Shown piece by piece: positions 19,927 to 30,816 of a DNA stretch of 64,000 nucleotides. The notes beneath the pieces were generated by a model that saw nothing but the letters and a program-made list of their open reading frames with translations, searched no databases and had not been told where the DNA came from. The number at the start of each line of letters is the position of its first letter. Within the stretch, counting starts at the first letter, position 1. The DNA is from an uncultured virus (IMG/VR IMGVR_UViG_3300006484_000009). Lineage: Duplodnaviria; Heunggongvirae; Uroviricota; Caudoviricetes. A program made the translations under genes and the position numbers. The DNA lies in IMG/VR virus record IMGVR_UViG_3300006484_000009. The stretch is one strand, 5' to 3'.

Positions 19927-20637
19927 ATGGAGTTTACAAGCGGGGTAAATAAAGATTTTACTGAAGACATTAAAATAATGTTTAATGCTTTGAAAAATGG
20001 TGAAAAATTTTCATTCAGCAAATACGCTGATGGTGAATATGCAATCTTAATTAATAGAAAAATAACTAACTGCGATAACTGGACATACAACCCAGAATTA
20101 CACCAATTATATAGAGATGAATTAATGGAGTCATATCAATATAGTGTAGACGGTTATTATGTTGGTATATCGTGTCCTTGTTGTGTTGGTGATATTGACA
20201 CCAAATGGATGCGTGATAATGTTATGGTTGGTGACAAAAACTTAACATGGGCGAATATTCTAGTAAATGGTAATTATAATTTTTTTAAAGAAAATTTTAT
20301 ACCAGAATTTAAGAACCATAATATAATTTTAGTTGCGAATGAAAATGCTAATATTAAAAATTTACCATTTGATGTTGAAGAACACATAAAGGTAACTGGT
20401 ACAGCATGGAAAGATAATTTTAGTTTATTAGAGTCATTACCTAATAAAGATTATACTGATAAATTATTTTTATTTTGTGCTGGACCACTAGGGAATATGT
20501 TAGCATATAATATGTGGAAAAAAAATAAAAAAAATACCTATATGGATATAGGGTCAACACTAAACACTTGGTTAGTTGGTAATAACAGAGGATATCTTAT
20601 GGGTAGTCCTACAATAAATAAAATATGTAATTGGTAA
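19927..20637 (+). CDS. GT-D fold (DUF1792-like) glycosyltransferase
   Basis: SKYADGE, CAGP, YMDIGS motifs. Confidence 0.6.
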   Translation: MEFTSGVNKDFTEDIKIMFNALKNGEKFSFSKYADGEYAILINRKITNCDNWTYNPELHQLYRDELMESYQYSVDGYYVGISCPCCVGDIDTKWMRDNVMVGDKNLTWANILVNGNYNFFKENFIPEFKNHNIILVANENANIKNLPFDVEEHIKVTGTAWKDNFSLLESLPNKDYTDKLFLFCAGPLGNMLAYNMWKKNKKNTYMDIGSTLNTWLVGNNRGYLMGSPTINKICNW

Positions 20638-20640
20638 ATT

Positions 20641-21249
20641 ATGGGAGCAGATAGTAAATATTGCAAAGAAGCGTATCCGATACCAGAAGGTATCAATAAA
20701 AAAATAGCTATAGATATAGGTGCAAATATAGGTGGTTTCTCAACTGCTTATCATAAAGATTTTGAAAAAATAATATTTTTTGAGGCAAATCCAAATGCAT
20801 TCGAAATTGCTAAAAATAACACAAATAATTTTAAAAATGTTGAAGGTTATAATTTAGCGGTATCTGATGAAAGTGGCAAGGTGTTAAAACTGATGAATCA
20901 CTTTAGTAAAGATTTAGGTAGTGTAAGTTGCTCACCAAGTATAACGGGTGTAAATAAAGATTGGGTCGAATCTATTGGGGAGATACAAACAACCTCATTA
21001 GAAGATATATTTAAAATGATTGGGAACCAAAGAATTAATTACTTAAAATTAGATTGTGAAAATTCTGAATATGAAATATTAATGAATAAAGATTTATCAA
21101 ACATTGATTATATAGCTATGGAATTACATTGGCAAATGGGTGAAGAAAAATATAAAGAATTATTGGATTATGTATCTAAATTTTTCAAAGTAAGTGGTAA
21201 TACAAATTTTATTGTTGATAGAAACACGTTAATTTATTTATCAAAATGA
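20641..21249 (+). CDS. FkbM-family methyltransferase
   Basis: IDIGANIG, FEANP, LKLDCE. Confidence 0.9.
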   Translation: MGADSKYCKEAYPIPEGINKKIAIDIGANIGGFSTAYHKDFEKIIFFEANPNAFEIAKNNTNNFKNVEGYNLAVSDESGKVLKLMNHFSKDLGSVSCSPSITGVNKDWVESIGEIQTTSLEDIFKMIGNQRINYLKLDCENSEYEILMNKDLSNIDYIAMELHWQMGEEKYKELLDYVSKFFKVSGNTNFIVDRNTLIYLSK

Positions 21250-22244
21250 TATTATTAACTTATGGTACTAGACCAGAATGGATTAAAATCAAACCATTGG
21301 TAAATAAAATGACTGAAGAAAATATTCAGTTTAAAACATTATTTACTGGTCAACATAAGGATTTGGTGTCAAATGATGCTGATTATAATATCAACATGTC
21401 TGATATTTCTGAAAATAGATTAGATAATATAATAAATAATTGTACCAACTTACCAAATAATATATTTGATGGTATAACACATGTTTTAGTTCAAGGTGAT
21501 ACTAGCTCAGCCCTCGGCTTGGCAATTACAGCATTTCATAGACAAATAAAGATTATACATTTAGAAGCTGGTTTAAGGACTTACAATTATTCAAACCCAT
21601 ACCCAGAAGAAATGAATAGACAGTTAATAGGTAGGGTATCAGACATCAACTTATGTCCAACACTTTATAATATGGATAATTTGAAAAATGAAAATGTTAT
21701 GGGTGAATCATATGTTGTTGGAAATACAGGTTTGGATAATTTACTTCAGCATAAGCATATGGTGACGTATGAAGATATCGTTTTAATCACATTACATAGA
21801 CGTGAAAATCATGAAAAAATTGAATCATGGTTTAATGAAATTAATAAATTGGCCTTAGAGTTTCCGAATATTAAATTCATATTACCCATACACCCAAACC
21901 CAAATGTTAGAAAATATAAAGATATATTAACTAATATTGAAGTGGTTGAACCATTATCACATAGTGAATTACTGGAAATTTTGATTAAATGTAAATTAGT
22001 TATAACTGATAGTGGTGGGTTACAAGAAGAGTGTTCGTTTTTGAATAAAAAATGTTTGGTTTGTAGAGAAATAACTGAACGACCTGAATCAATAGGATTC
22101 ACTACTTTTATGGTGAAAAAACCAAAAGATTTAAATTTAATATTTAATGTACATATTTATGAGTATGATGTAAATTATACGTCACCTTTTGGTGATGGTC
22201 ATGCATCTGAAAAAATAATAAAAATATTTAAAGATGTTTTATAA
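21246..22244 (+). CDS. wecB: UDP-N-acetylglucosamine 2-epimerase (non-hydrolysing)
   Basis: GTRPE, TGQH, QGDT, HLEAGLR, PEEMNR, TDSGG.QEE. Confidence 0.95.
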   Translation: MILLTYGTRPEWIKIKPLVNKMTEENIQFKTLFTGQHKDLVSNDADYNINMSDISENRLDNIINNCTNLPNNIFDGITHVLVQGDTSSALGLAITAFHRQIKIIHLEAGLRTYNYSNPYPEEMNRQLIGRVSDINLCPTLYNMDNLKNENVMGESYVVGNTGLDNLLQHKHMVTYEDIVLITLHRRENHEKIESWFNEINKLALEFPNIKFILPIHPNPNVRKYKDILTNIEVVEPLSHSELLEILIKCKLVITDSGGLQEECSFLNKKCLVCREITERPESIGFTTFMVKKPKDLNLIFNVHIYEYDVNYTSPFGDGHASEKIIKIFKDVL

Positions 22245-23209
22245 TGGAAAATATAGAAAATTCCGATATCTGCTTTTTAATACCATCATTTAATAGATAC
22301 GAAAAGTTATGTAATCTATTGACTCAAATAAGTGGGTACACTGGGGTTAACACAATAATATATAATGATGCATCAACAATTGGTAATTATGCTAATATTG
22401 AAACCTTATATACAAATACTAAAGTAATTAAGGGTGAAAACAACAATGGTAGAGCAAAATTTGATTTGACGATAAAAACGTTATTTAAAGAAGGTATGAA
22501 AACCGATTTTAAATATTTCATTTTAATTGCTGACGATATGGGATTATGTGATGATTTTGTACATCACCTTAAACCACTATTGGATGAAAAAACAATAGTT
22601 AACTTGTTTTCATTAAGTGATGGAGGATGGGCCTGTACAGCATATATAGACGGTGTGTTCTCAATAAGTAAAATGGGGTTGGAAATTGTATACAATTTGT
22701 TACCAAATAAATCTAGAGATGAAAATCAGAAATCAACTGGTGTTTGGTCATCAGTTACTACTAAATTTTGTAGACAAAAAACTTATGGATATAGATTAGC
22801 ATGTTTGAACTACACATTAGTTCAACACTATGGTAATGAGGATTCTAAATTACATTTTAAGTTTAGAAAATTAAGACCAATTGTGGCTCATAATTTTTAC
22901 AATGATTTTTATGGTAATGAAATAAAAATTGTTAGTTATTCGGGATTGTCGACTAAGGTAAAAAAAAAAGACATATCAAATGGTAAAAATAGTAAAAATA
23001 ATAGCGTTGTTGAACCATATGTTGAACCAAATGTTGAACCAAAACCAACACAACCAATCATTAACTCACCAATAGAATATGATAAAAGTAAGTTAAATAA
23101 TATTAGGGAAGGTTTAAATAAACAAAAACAAAGTAGAATAACTAAAATTAATGATGATGTTTTTTTGGCTAAAGTTAGAAAACGGAATTTAAAGTTAGGT
23201 GGTAGGTAA
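22244..23209 (+). CDS. Glycosyltransferase family 2 with basic C-terminal tail
   Basis: LIPSFNR, YNDAS, IADD. Confidence 0.75.
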   Translation: MENIENSDICFLIPSFNRYEKLCNLLTQISGYTGVNTIIYNDASTIGNYANIETLYTNTKVIKGENNNGRAKFDLTIKTLFKEGMKTDFKYFILIADDMGLCDDFVHHLKPLLDEKTIVNLFSLSDGGWACTAYIDGVFSISKMGLEIVYNLLPNKSRDENQKSTGVWSSVTTKFCRQKTYGYRLACLNYTLVQHYGNEDSKLHFKFRKLRPIVAHNFYNDFYGNEIKIVSYSGLSTKVKKKDISNGKNSKNNSVVEPYVEPNVEPKPTQPIINSPIEYDKSKLNNIREGLNKQKQSRITKINDDVFLAKVRKRNLKLGGR

Positions 23210-23257
23210 TTATGTTTACATTTTTTAAGATATTAATTATATTAGTTTAAAAAATAT

Positions 23258-24253
23258 ATGAGTAATTGGATTAAGAAGCAAATAACAAATATAGCAATCG
23301 CTATGGGTAATACTGAAAAAAATGCATTCGGTCAAGAGGGTATTGAGATTAGTGCTGACACTGCAAAACACCAAAGATTAAATCAAAACTCAGTAATGGA
23401 CGCTCTACTTCGTGGTGAAATAACTGAAGAAGTTGAAAAATTAAGATGGAGAATGTATAAAACTACAGCTTCACTTAAAAATTATGGTAGTAAAGTTATT
23501 GGTTACGATGATGACGGATACCCAATAATGGAAACAAGTTATTATGGTGATGAAGATAGATTATTAAAAATAAAAACAGAACCAACCGATACTTATCCAT
23601 TAATTATGGTTATAGATAATACAAATATAAGTTCTGGTGTTGGTGCATCATTAAATCGAGATATTCAAATTTATAAAGAATCTGAAGAATCAACAACTGA
23701 AAATATTATAGATGAAAGTATTTTGAATATTGATGATTCAGTTAATGCTGAAACTAATATATCTTTAAATATTGGCGATAGTAAAACTATTGGTGAAACT
23801 AAAGACAATACTACCCAATTAAATCTACCAATATCAATCACTAGGGAACATAGACCTAAATTTGAATTGGAAAACCACACAAAAAAATTACATGTTAAAA
23901 AAATATCACATAAAGAATTTTTATTAGAATTCTTTATATCAAAATATCCTGAACAATTTGATAAAAATCACCATTTCTTCTTATCAGATATTAAAAAAAT
24001 AATAGCAACCCCAACTAAATATAATTCAACTGTTGATATTAAACAAGTATCATTCATAACAAATAACGCAGTTGGTGTACCTGATTTCTTAGAATTTGAA
24101 TATTCAATAAACAAATTTGATAAAATTGTAGAATTCAATGAATTTTATGTAGTTAAATTCATTGCTACTGTTACAGTTGAAGCAAAAAGTATTATTGAAA
24201 AATACAAAAATGAAGAATTAGAACAAAAATATAACAATAAAGAAAAACGTTAA
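23258..24253 (+). CDS. Hypothetical phage protein
   Basis: ORF track. Confidence 0.8.
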   Translation: MSNWIKKQITNIAIAMGNTEKNAFGQEGIEISADTAKHQRLNQNSVMDALLRGEITEEVEKLRWRMYKTTASLKNYGSKVIGYDDDGYPIMETSYYGDEDRLLKIKTEPTDTYPLIMVIDNTNISSGVGASLNRDIQIYKESEESTTENIIDESILNIDDSVNAETNISLNIGDSKTIGETKDNTTQLNLPISITREHRPKFELENHTKKLHVKKISHKEFLLEFFISKYPEQFDKNHHFFLSDIKKIIATPTKYNSTVDIKQVSFITNNAVGVPDFLEFEYSINKFDKIVEFNEFYVVKFIATVTVEAKSIIEKYKNEELEQKYNNKEKR

Positions 24254-24254
24254 T

Positions 24255-25139
24255 ATGGCCAGACCTAAAAAAGTAACACCCGAATTTGAATCAACAGCTA
24301 GACCAGTCGTCAGAACCGCTAAAAAAGTATTAAGTAAAGAAGAACTATTAACCAGTATTAGGTTATCTATAAAATGTAAAAACGAAACACAAAAGAAATT
24401 AATAAACACTATTAAAGATAATGATGTCACCATCTGTACTGGCGTAGCTGGTACTGGTAAAACATTAATTAGTGTATATGAGGCATTAACATTATTTAAA
24501 GCACACCCAACTATCTATAAAGAGATTAAATTGGTTAAATCAATCACACAATTGAAAAATGAAGAGTTAGGTACATTACCTGGTGATGAGAAAGATAAAC
24601 TTAAATTCCATATGATGTCTTTCTTAGATGCATTTCATAAGTTAATAGGTGAAGACTTAACAAATAAGTTAATTGAATATGGGTTAATTAAAATGGAAGT
24701 GTTTGGGGCGATTAGAGGTAGGTCTTTTACTAATTCCATAATCATCATAGATGAGTTCCAAAATATATCAAAGGACAACGCTAAAACGTTCCTAACTCGA
24801 TTCTCAGAAGATACTAAAGTAATTGTATTAGGAGATTCTGGTCAAATTGATTTGAAGAACAAAAAGGATAGTGCACTGGAACCATTAGTTAACAAAGTTA
24901 AAAATAAACCAGTTGAAGGTGTTGATATTGTTGTATTTGACAAATCTGATGTTGTAAGACATAGATTAACATCATACTTTATCGATGTATTTGAAGAAAT
25001 TATTGCAGATGACGAACCTAAGAAAAATATTAATACTGTTAAACCACCAAATCCACCAAAGTCAAAAATGGTAAGAGAAGGAGGTAAATTAGTCTGGTTG
25101 AGAAAACTTAAAATATTTTTTAAAAGAAAATTCAAGTAA
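24255..25139 (+). CDS. phoH: PhoH-family ATPase
   Basis: GVAGTGKT, IRGRSF, IDEFQN, GDSGQID. Confidence 0.92.
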   Translation: MARPKKVTPEFESTARPVVRTAKKVLSKEELLTSIRLSIKCKNETQKKLINTIKDNDVTICTGVAGTGKTLISVYEALTLFKAHPTIYKEIKLVKSITQLKNEELGTLPGDEKDKLKFHMMSFLDAFHKLIGEDLTNKLIEYGLIKMEVFGAIRGRSFTNSIIIIDEFQNISKDNAKTFLTRFSEDTKVIVLGDSGQIDLKNKKDSALEPLVNKVKNKPVEGVDIVVFDKSDVVRHRLTSYFIDVFEEIIADDEPKKNINTVKPPNPPKSKMVREGGKLVWLRKLKIFFKRKFK

Positions 25140-25176
25140 ACTTTACTTTAATATCTAATTCCAGTATCATTGTTAT

Positions 25177-25785
25177 ATGAAAATTGGGATTAGTATTAAC
25201 GAAGTTTTAAGGGACACATTGTCTCAGATGGATTATACTTATAGTAAGTATATCACAGGTAAAGATACAACTATAACTAGAGATGAAATTACATCATTTA
25301 ATCTAGAAAAACATTTTGTATTTGACTCTAAAAAAGATTTAAATCGTTTTTTATATGATGAAGCGAGTTTAGAGATTTTTGGACATGCAGACCAGATGGT
25401 TGAAAATTTGATGACTAAATTCAACATGTTTTTAGTTGATATTGAAGAAGAAGAAGAACACACTATTGAAATAGTTAGTAGAGAATTCTTAAGAAGTATC
25501 CCATCAACATTATTTTTCCTATCTAAATTAGGGTGTAGAGCATCAAATATACGATTCGTAAAACAACATGATGAAGAGTGGGGTGATTTAGATGTACTTA
25601 TTACAGCAAACCCTGAAGCCTTAAAAAACAAACCAAAAGATAAAATTTCAGTAAAAATCAAAGCACCTTACAATAGCGATGTTGTAGGTGATTTTGAATT
25701 GGATTCAATCTTAGATTTTATTATGGATGGTGCATTAAGAGATAAAATTTTAAACACAAAAATAACAACGCAAGAACAATTATAA
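25177..25785 (+). CDS. HAD/5'(3')-nucleotidase-fold protein with degenerate motif I
   Basis: MKIGISINEVL (vs IGIDIDGVL), APYN near the C-terminus. Confidence 0.55.
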   Translation: MKIGISINEVLRDTLSQMDYTYSKYITGKDTTITRDEITSFNLEKHFVFDSKKDLNRFLYDEASLEIFGHADQMVENLMTKFNMFLVDIEEEEEHTIEIVSREFLRSIPSTLFFLSKLGCRASNIRFVKQHDEEWGDLDVLITANPEALKNKPKDKISVKIKAPYNSDVVGDFELDSILDFIMDGALRDKILNTKITTQEQL

Positions 25786-25786
25786 G

Positions 25787-26149
25787 ATGGAAGATATTAT
25801 TCTAGAATTTGGAGGAATTGCCTACTACCTTGATTTTGATGGGCTCGAAAATATATTAAAACCTGATGCTGATTTAGAATCTGGTGAGATTGAAGAGAGT
25901 GAAACTAAAACAACATATATCCAAGGTGGTATTGAGAAAACAGAAGTAATAATTAAAAAATACCATAAAGGTAAAGAAATTGATATTTCGAAATATGAAA
26001 CATATAGAACTTTAATAGAAATACTATTATCGTATAATGAAGAGAGTGATGATACTTTAGGTCCTGAAAGAGGTTTAAATAGCACACCACTTCCATTTAA
26101 AATAGCATTTAATACCTTAGTAAAATACAAAGTACTAAAGGAATTATAA
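25787..26149 (+). CDS. Hypothetical phage protein
   Basis: ORF track. Confidence 0.8.
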   Translation: MEDIILEFGGIAYYLDFDGLENILKPDADLESGEIEESETKTTYIQGGIEKTEVIIKKYHKGKEIDISKYETYRTLIEILLSYNEESDDTLGPERGLNSTPLPFKIAFNTLVKYKVLKEL

Positions 26150-26171
26150 TAACAAACAAATAAAATTAGTT

Positions 26172-27308
26172 ATGTCAGAAAACGTAAACAAAGTAAATGA
26201 AGAACAAGTAAACGCTGTTATTGAGAAACTAGAATCAAAAGATTTCGGTATTTATTTCTTCACATTAGACACTAAAGGTAACCCAGTAGCTGGTGTTGCA
26301 AACATTTATGAACATGTAAAAGTTCTAAACGAATTGGGTTATAAAGCCACAATTCTACATGAAAAAAATGATTACAAAAAATTCGGTGATGAAGATGAAA
26401 ATGGATTGGCTGATTGGTTAGGTGAAGAGTATGCAAATCTACCTCACGTATCAATTGAAGATGGTGCATTAAATGTTGGACCACAAGATTTTTTAATCAT
26501 CCCAGAGGTATTCTCAACTATAATGCAACAAAAAGAAGTTAGGTCACTACCTTGTAAAAAAATTGTATTTTCACAAAGTCATGAATACATTTTTGAATTG
26601 CTACCATTAGGTAGAAGATGGACTGACTTTGGATTTAATGATGTAATCACAACGTCAACAAAACAAGGTGATTATTTAAAATCATTATTCCCAAGTATTC
26701 AATCACATGTGGTTCCAGTTGCAATATCTAGCAAATTTAAACCATCAGATAAACCAAAATTACCAATCGTTACTATACACGCTAGAAATCAAAGTGATGT
26801 AGCTAAAATCACAAAAGCATTCTATTTACAATACCCAATTTATAAATGGTTAACATTTAAAGAATTAAGAGGATTATCAAAAGCACAATTTGCTGATGAG
26901 TTATCAAAATCTTGTTTAGCTATTTGGGTTGATGATGTTGCTGGATTTGGGACATTCCCATTAGAAGCGATTGAATGTAATACACCAGTAATTGCAAAAA
27001 TACCAAATATGGTTCCAGAATGGATGGAAGAAATCGATTCAGATGGTCAAGCACTTTTAAAATATAACGGTCTATGGACTAATACAACATTAAACATTCC
27101 TGAATTAATCTCAACATATATGAAAGTTTGGTTGGAAGATTCAGTACCACAAGAATTAATGGATGGTATGGATGAAGTTAAAGGTGTATATAGTGAAGAA
27201 AACCAAAAAGTTAAAATTGAAGAAGTTTACGGTTCCCTAGTTCAAAATAGAATTGGTGAATTCAAAAACATAATTGATTCTATTAATGTAGAATCAGCAA
27301 CTAAATAA
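26172..27308 (+). CDS. GT-B (GT4-like) glycosyltransferase
   Basis: GVANIYEH, IIPE, GFGTFPLEAIECNTPVI. Confidence 0.8.
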   Translation: MSENVNKVNEEQVNAVIEKLESKDFGIYFFTLDTKGNPVAGVANIYEHVKVLNELGYKATILHEKNDYKKFGDEDENGLADWLGEEYANLPHVSIEDGALNVGPQDFLIIPEVFSTIMQQKEVRSLPCKKIVFSQSHEYIFELLPLGRRWTDFGFNDVITTSTKQGDYLKSLFPSIQSHVVPVAISSKFKPSDKPKLPIVTIHARNQSDVAKITKAFYLQYPIYKWLTFKELRGLSKAQFADELSKSCLAIWVDDVAGFGTFPLEAIECNTPVIAKIPNMVPEWMEEIDSDGQALLKYNGLWTNTTLNIPELISTYMKVWLEDSVPQELMDGMDEVKGVYSEENQKVKIEEVYGSLVQNRIGEFKNIIDSINVESATK

Positions 27309-27317
27309 TATTTTATT

Positions 27318-28100
27318 ATGAATAATATAACAGTAATTATCCCATTACATGAGGTTTCAGAAGATACTGAAAAATTATATGAAAACGCCATTAAAAGCGT
27401 TGAAGAACAAACGGTAAAACCAACACAGGTTTTAATCGTTACACCTAAAGGTAGTGAAGCTAATTCATTTGCTAATAAATTTGACTATAAAACAATTAAA
27501 GACTTAGTTAAGGTTATTGAGAATGATGGTAAAACAGACTTCGCATCACAAATTAATTTTGGTGTTGCTAATTGTGAAACTGAATGGTTTTCTATCTTAG
27601 AATACGATGATGAGTATTCAAAAATTTGGTTCAAAAATGTTCAAACATATGTTGATGCATATCCAGAAGTTGATATCTTTATGCCAATAATCGTTGACGT
27701 TGATGAATTCGGTCAATTTATCGGATTTACAAATGAAGCGGTTTGGGCTAATAGTTTTTCAGAAGAACTTGGTATCCTAGACAAAGATGCATTATTAGCA
27801 TACCAAAATTTCAATATTGATGGTATTGTTATGAAAAAAGAATCTTATGAAATGTATGGTGGTTTTAAATCAAATATGAAATTAACATTTATTTATGAAT
27901 TCTTATTAAGAATGACATATAAATCATGTAAAGTAATGACAATACCTAGATTTGGGTACAAACATGTTAACCAAAGAGTTGGGTCATTATTCCATAGCTA
28001 TAAACTTAGTATGAATCCAGTTGAAGCCAACTGGTGGTTAAATAAAGCTAAATCTGAGTTTTATCACGAACAAGATAGAGAGATAAGCTATACCGAATAA
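27318..28100 (+). CDS. Glycosyltransferase family 2
   Basis: ITVIIPLH, SVEEQT, ILEYDD. Confidence 0.85.
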   Translation: MNNITVIIPLHEVSEDTEKLYENAIKSVEEQTVKPTQVLIVTPKGSEANSFANKFDYKTIKDLVKVIENDGKTDFASQINFGVANCETEWFSILEYDDEYSKIWFKNVQTYVDAYPEVDIFMPIIVDVDEFGQFIGFTNEAVWANSFSEELGILDKDALLAYQNFNIDGIVMKKESYEMYGGFKSNMKLTFIYEFLLRMTYKSCKVMTIPRFGYKHVNQRVGSLFHSYKLSMNPVEANWWLNKAKSEFYHEQDREISYTE

Positions 28101-28110
28101 AATAAGTATA

Positions 28111-28860
28111 ATGGCTAAGCAAAGAGGACGAAAAAGGACGAATGACTTATATTTTGGCCCAGAAGAAGAAGCAGCTGTTATAAGATTTTTAGGATGTAAT
28201 GATGAAATAGAAAGGAATGCAATCTACAATGAATGGTTAAGAGCACCATTTAATAAAATGATTGAATCGATAATCAGAAGGTATAAATTATATAGAAAAG
28301 GGGTGTCATTTGAAGATTTACATTCTGACACCCTATCCTTCCTGATAACAAAAGCAGATAAATTTGATATAAATTCTGGTAAAAAAGCCTATTCTTACTA
28401 TGGGACAATTTGTAAACACTATATACTAGGTTTACTAATAAAAGACGATGGTAATACTAAACAATTATATTCATATGAAGACTTAAGTCAATCATATTTA
28501 GATGATAGAGTAGATTTACAATATGAGATTGATGATAAAGATTTTACTTTAGATAAATTCATAATAAAACTAACTGATGGGATTAAAGTTGAAATTGATA
28601 ATAATGAAAACTTACCACCCAAGAAAAAATTAAATGAAAATGAAGTAAAAGTGGGTTATGCACTTATTGATATTTTAGAAAATTGGGAACAAACATTAGA
28701 TGTTATGAATGGTGGTTCAAAGTTTAATAAAAATTCAGTACTTGAAACCATGCGAAATTATACAAATTTGTCGACAAAAGACATTAGGTCGTCAATGAAA
28801 AGATATAAAGATATATACGCTATATTAAAAATAGATGGATTAGAAAACGGATTTGAATAA
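28111..28860 (+). CDS. Phage sigma-like late transcription factor (T4 gp55-like)
   Basis: Sigma region-2-like FEDLHSD...KFD...KAYSYYGTICKHY; precedes structural genes. Confidence 0.6.
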   Translation: MAKQRGRKRTNDLYFGPEEEAAVIRFLGCNDEIERNAIYNEWLRAPFNKMIESIIRRYKLYRKGVSFEDLHSDTLSFLITKADKFDINSGKKAYSYYGTICKHYILGLLIKDDGNTKQLYSYEDLSQSYLDDRVDLQYEIDDKDFTLDKFIIKLTDGIKVEIDNNENLPPKKKLNENEVKVGYALIDILENWEQTLDVMNGGSKFNKNSVLETMRNYTNLSTKDIRSSMKRYKDIYAILKIDGLENGFE

Positions 28861-28915
28861 AAAAATCCGTTTTTTATGTATTTATAGTATATAACAATAA
28901 TCAATTTGATTTATT

Positions 28916-29299
28916 ATGCCTAGAAAGAAAAAACAAGAAGTTAGAATAAATAGTACTGATAGCCTTGAGGGGTTATGTCAGGAAGCATATAATGATTCAT
29001 GTGCTCAAATAAATGATGCACAAAGAACCATAAATGAAATGGCAAGTTCAGCAAACCCAGTTGATGTCGATGATTTGACTAAACTAGCTAAAGCTAAAGT
29101 TGATGCTTTAAAAATTAAAGATTCAGCTATAAAGATAAAGCTTGAAATTGCTAAACTACAAAATGATATCCTTAAGCACAATGGTGATGCGGATTCTGCG
29201 ATTAAAGATAGAAGTAATGGCACAGTATCTTTAGATGATTTCTCTAAAGTTAGGGAAATGATTAAAAATGGACCAAATAACAATATTGAAAACGAATAA
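28916..29299 (+). CDS. Hypothetical coiled-coil protein
   Basis: ORF track; GTATTTAT at 28878. Confidence 0.8.
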   Translation: MPRKKKQEVRINSTDSLEGLCQEAYNDSCAQINDAQRTINEMASSANPVDVDDLTKLAKAKVDALKIKDSAIKIKLEIAKLQNDILKHNGDADSAIKDRSNGTVSLDDFSKVREMIKNGPNNNIENE

Positions 29300-29301
29300 A
29301 T

Positions 29302-30804
29302 ATGTCTATCATCGACCAAAAGACTAAAGTGATGAGTAGCATTTCATCTTTGAATGTTATCACTGAAGGTTTACCGAAATTTAAATTAACCAATTCATTC
29401 GCAAGTATGAATAATGGTACGAATGTTACTGATTTTTTAATTGATTTGGTACAATCGTTAATCGGTTATGATGAACTTAAGTTAAATGTTGTTGATATAT
29501 TTAGTAAAAAATTACCTGAAATAGAGTCTGAAATTAAAAAAGTATTAAAGTTACAACTTAAAGGGTATGTTAGTTGTGGTGTAAATCCATCGATACCAGC
29601 CTGGTTACAAAGTACTGGTGCTGGTGTAACCTCAAAATTAACTAATATTGATTTTTTTGAAATAACTAAATCAGACCCTAAATCACCATTTGGTTTTTTA
29701 ATTTATAGTGATTTTGAATCAGGGTTAAATAGTACTGATTTTAACACATTCCTATACTCAAATATAGAACAAAATAAAGGTGATTTTGCTGTCGATGGTG
29801 GTACAGCAAGTCCTTGGGGCTCATCAACTGGTGCGGGTGATATTATTGACTTAAAATTCAGTCCAGTTGGGACTACTAATAATAACATTGTTAAAATAAC
29901 GGCAAATGCTAGTTACGATAATAAAACATTAACAGAGTTTAATAATGATTTTATAGATAGTATTACACTATTCGGTGACCCAAATAATATTGATGGTAGC
30001 AAAATACTAAATGCAATTATTGATAATTTATTTGGAACAATTGCTGTTACAGTTGGTAAAACTAAAAAACAATTAAAAAAAGAAGCTGAGATTAATGAAT
30101 GTTTAGAGTGTATATTAAATTCTGATGAAAATGATGTTATTGATGATAGTTATTTTACATTTGATAATGCACAGTTAACAAAAATCGAAATCCAAGCATC
30201 AAATAGAAAATTGGGTATTAGAGTTTTAGAAACATGTGGTAACTTACCAGCTGAGATACCAATTGCAACTTTAATGGATATTAATATGTCACTAAGTGCA
30301 GCAACAAATAATACAACTGGTACTACTAGTTTAGAGGTGGCTAAATCTCAAGCTATGGCAAAAGCAATTGACGCACTGGCTGAGGCTCAAGCATCAAACG
30401 CAGCAACAATTAACGTACCAACAGTTAAACTAGATTTTATTTTAGAATTGATTAAAAATTTCATGAAATCAATTATAAACATAGTAATATCACCAAAATT
30501 AGTGACATTATTTATAGTTAATTTTAAAATTTTATATGGTCAACTATCTGAATATGATGGGCCGATTGATTTTATGAAAAAAAATAAAAATTTAATAGTT
30601 GACATTTCTAAAACTGTTTTAGAACAAGTAATTAAAATGTTATTAGCTTTAGTTTTAAAACATATTACTATTAAATTAGCTAAAAAATATGCTGATGATA
30701 CTATTGAAAAAGCTAAAAACTATATTGCACAAATACTTACATTGATAGGTATATCACCAGATATAATAAGACAAATCCAAGGGTTGGATTATGTTGGAGG
30801 TTAA
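29302..30804 (+). CDS. Putative virion structural protein
   Basis: 500-aa ORF in a late operon. Confidence 0.65.
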   Translation: MSIIDQKTKVMSSISSLNVITEGLPKFKLTNSFASMNNGTNVTDFLIDLVQSLIGYDELKLNVVDIFSKKLPEIESEIKKVLKLQLKGYVSCGVNPSIPAWLQSTGAGVTSKLTNIDFFEITKSDPKSPFGFLIYSDFESGLNSTDFNTFLYSNIEQNKGDFAVDGGTASPWGSSTGAGDIIDLKFSPVGTTNNNIVKITANASYDNKTLTEFNNDFIDSITLFGDPNNIDGSKILNAIIDNLFGTIAVTVGKTKKQLKKEAEINECLECILNSDENDVIDDSYFTFDNAQLTKIEIQASNRKLGIRVLETCGNLPAEIPIATLMDINMSLSAATNNTTGTTSLEVAKSQAMAKAIDALAEAQASNAATINVPTVKLDFILELIKNFMKSIINIVISPKLVTLFIVNFKILYGQLSEYDGPIDFMKKNKNLIVDISKTVLEQVIKMLLALVLKHITIKLAKKYADDTIEKAKNYIAQILTLIGISPDIIRQIQGLDYVGG

Positions 30805-30816
30805 AATTAAATAATT

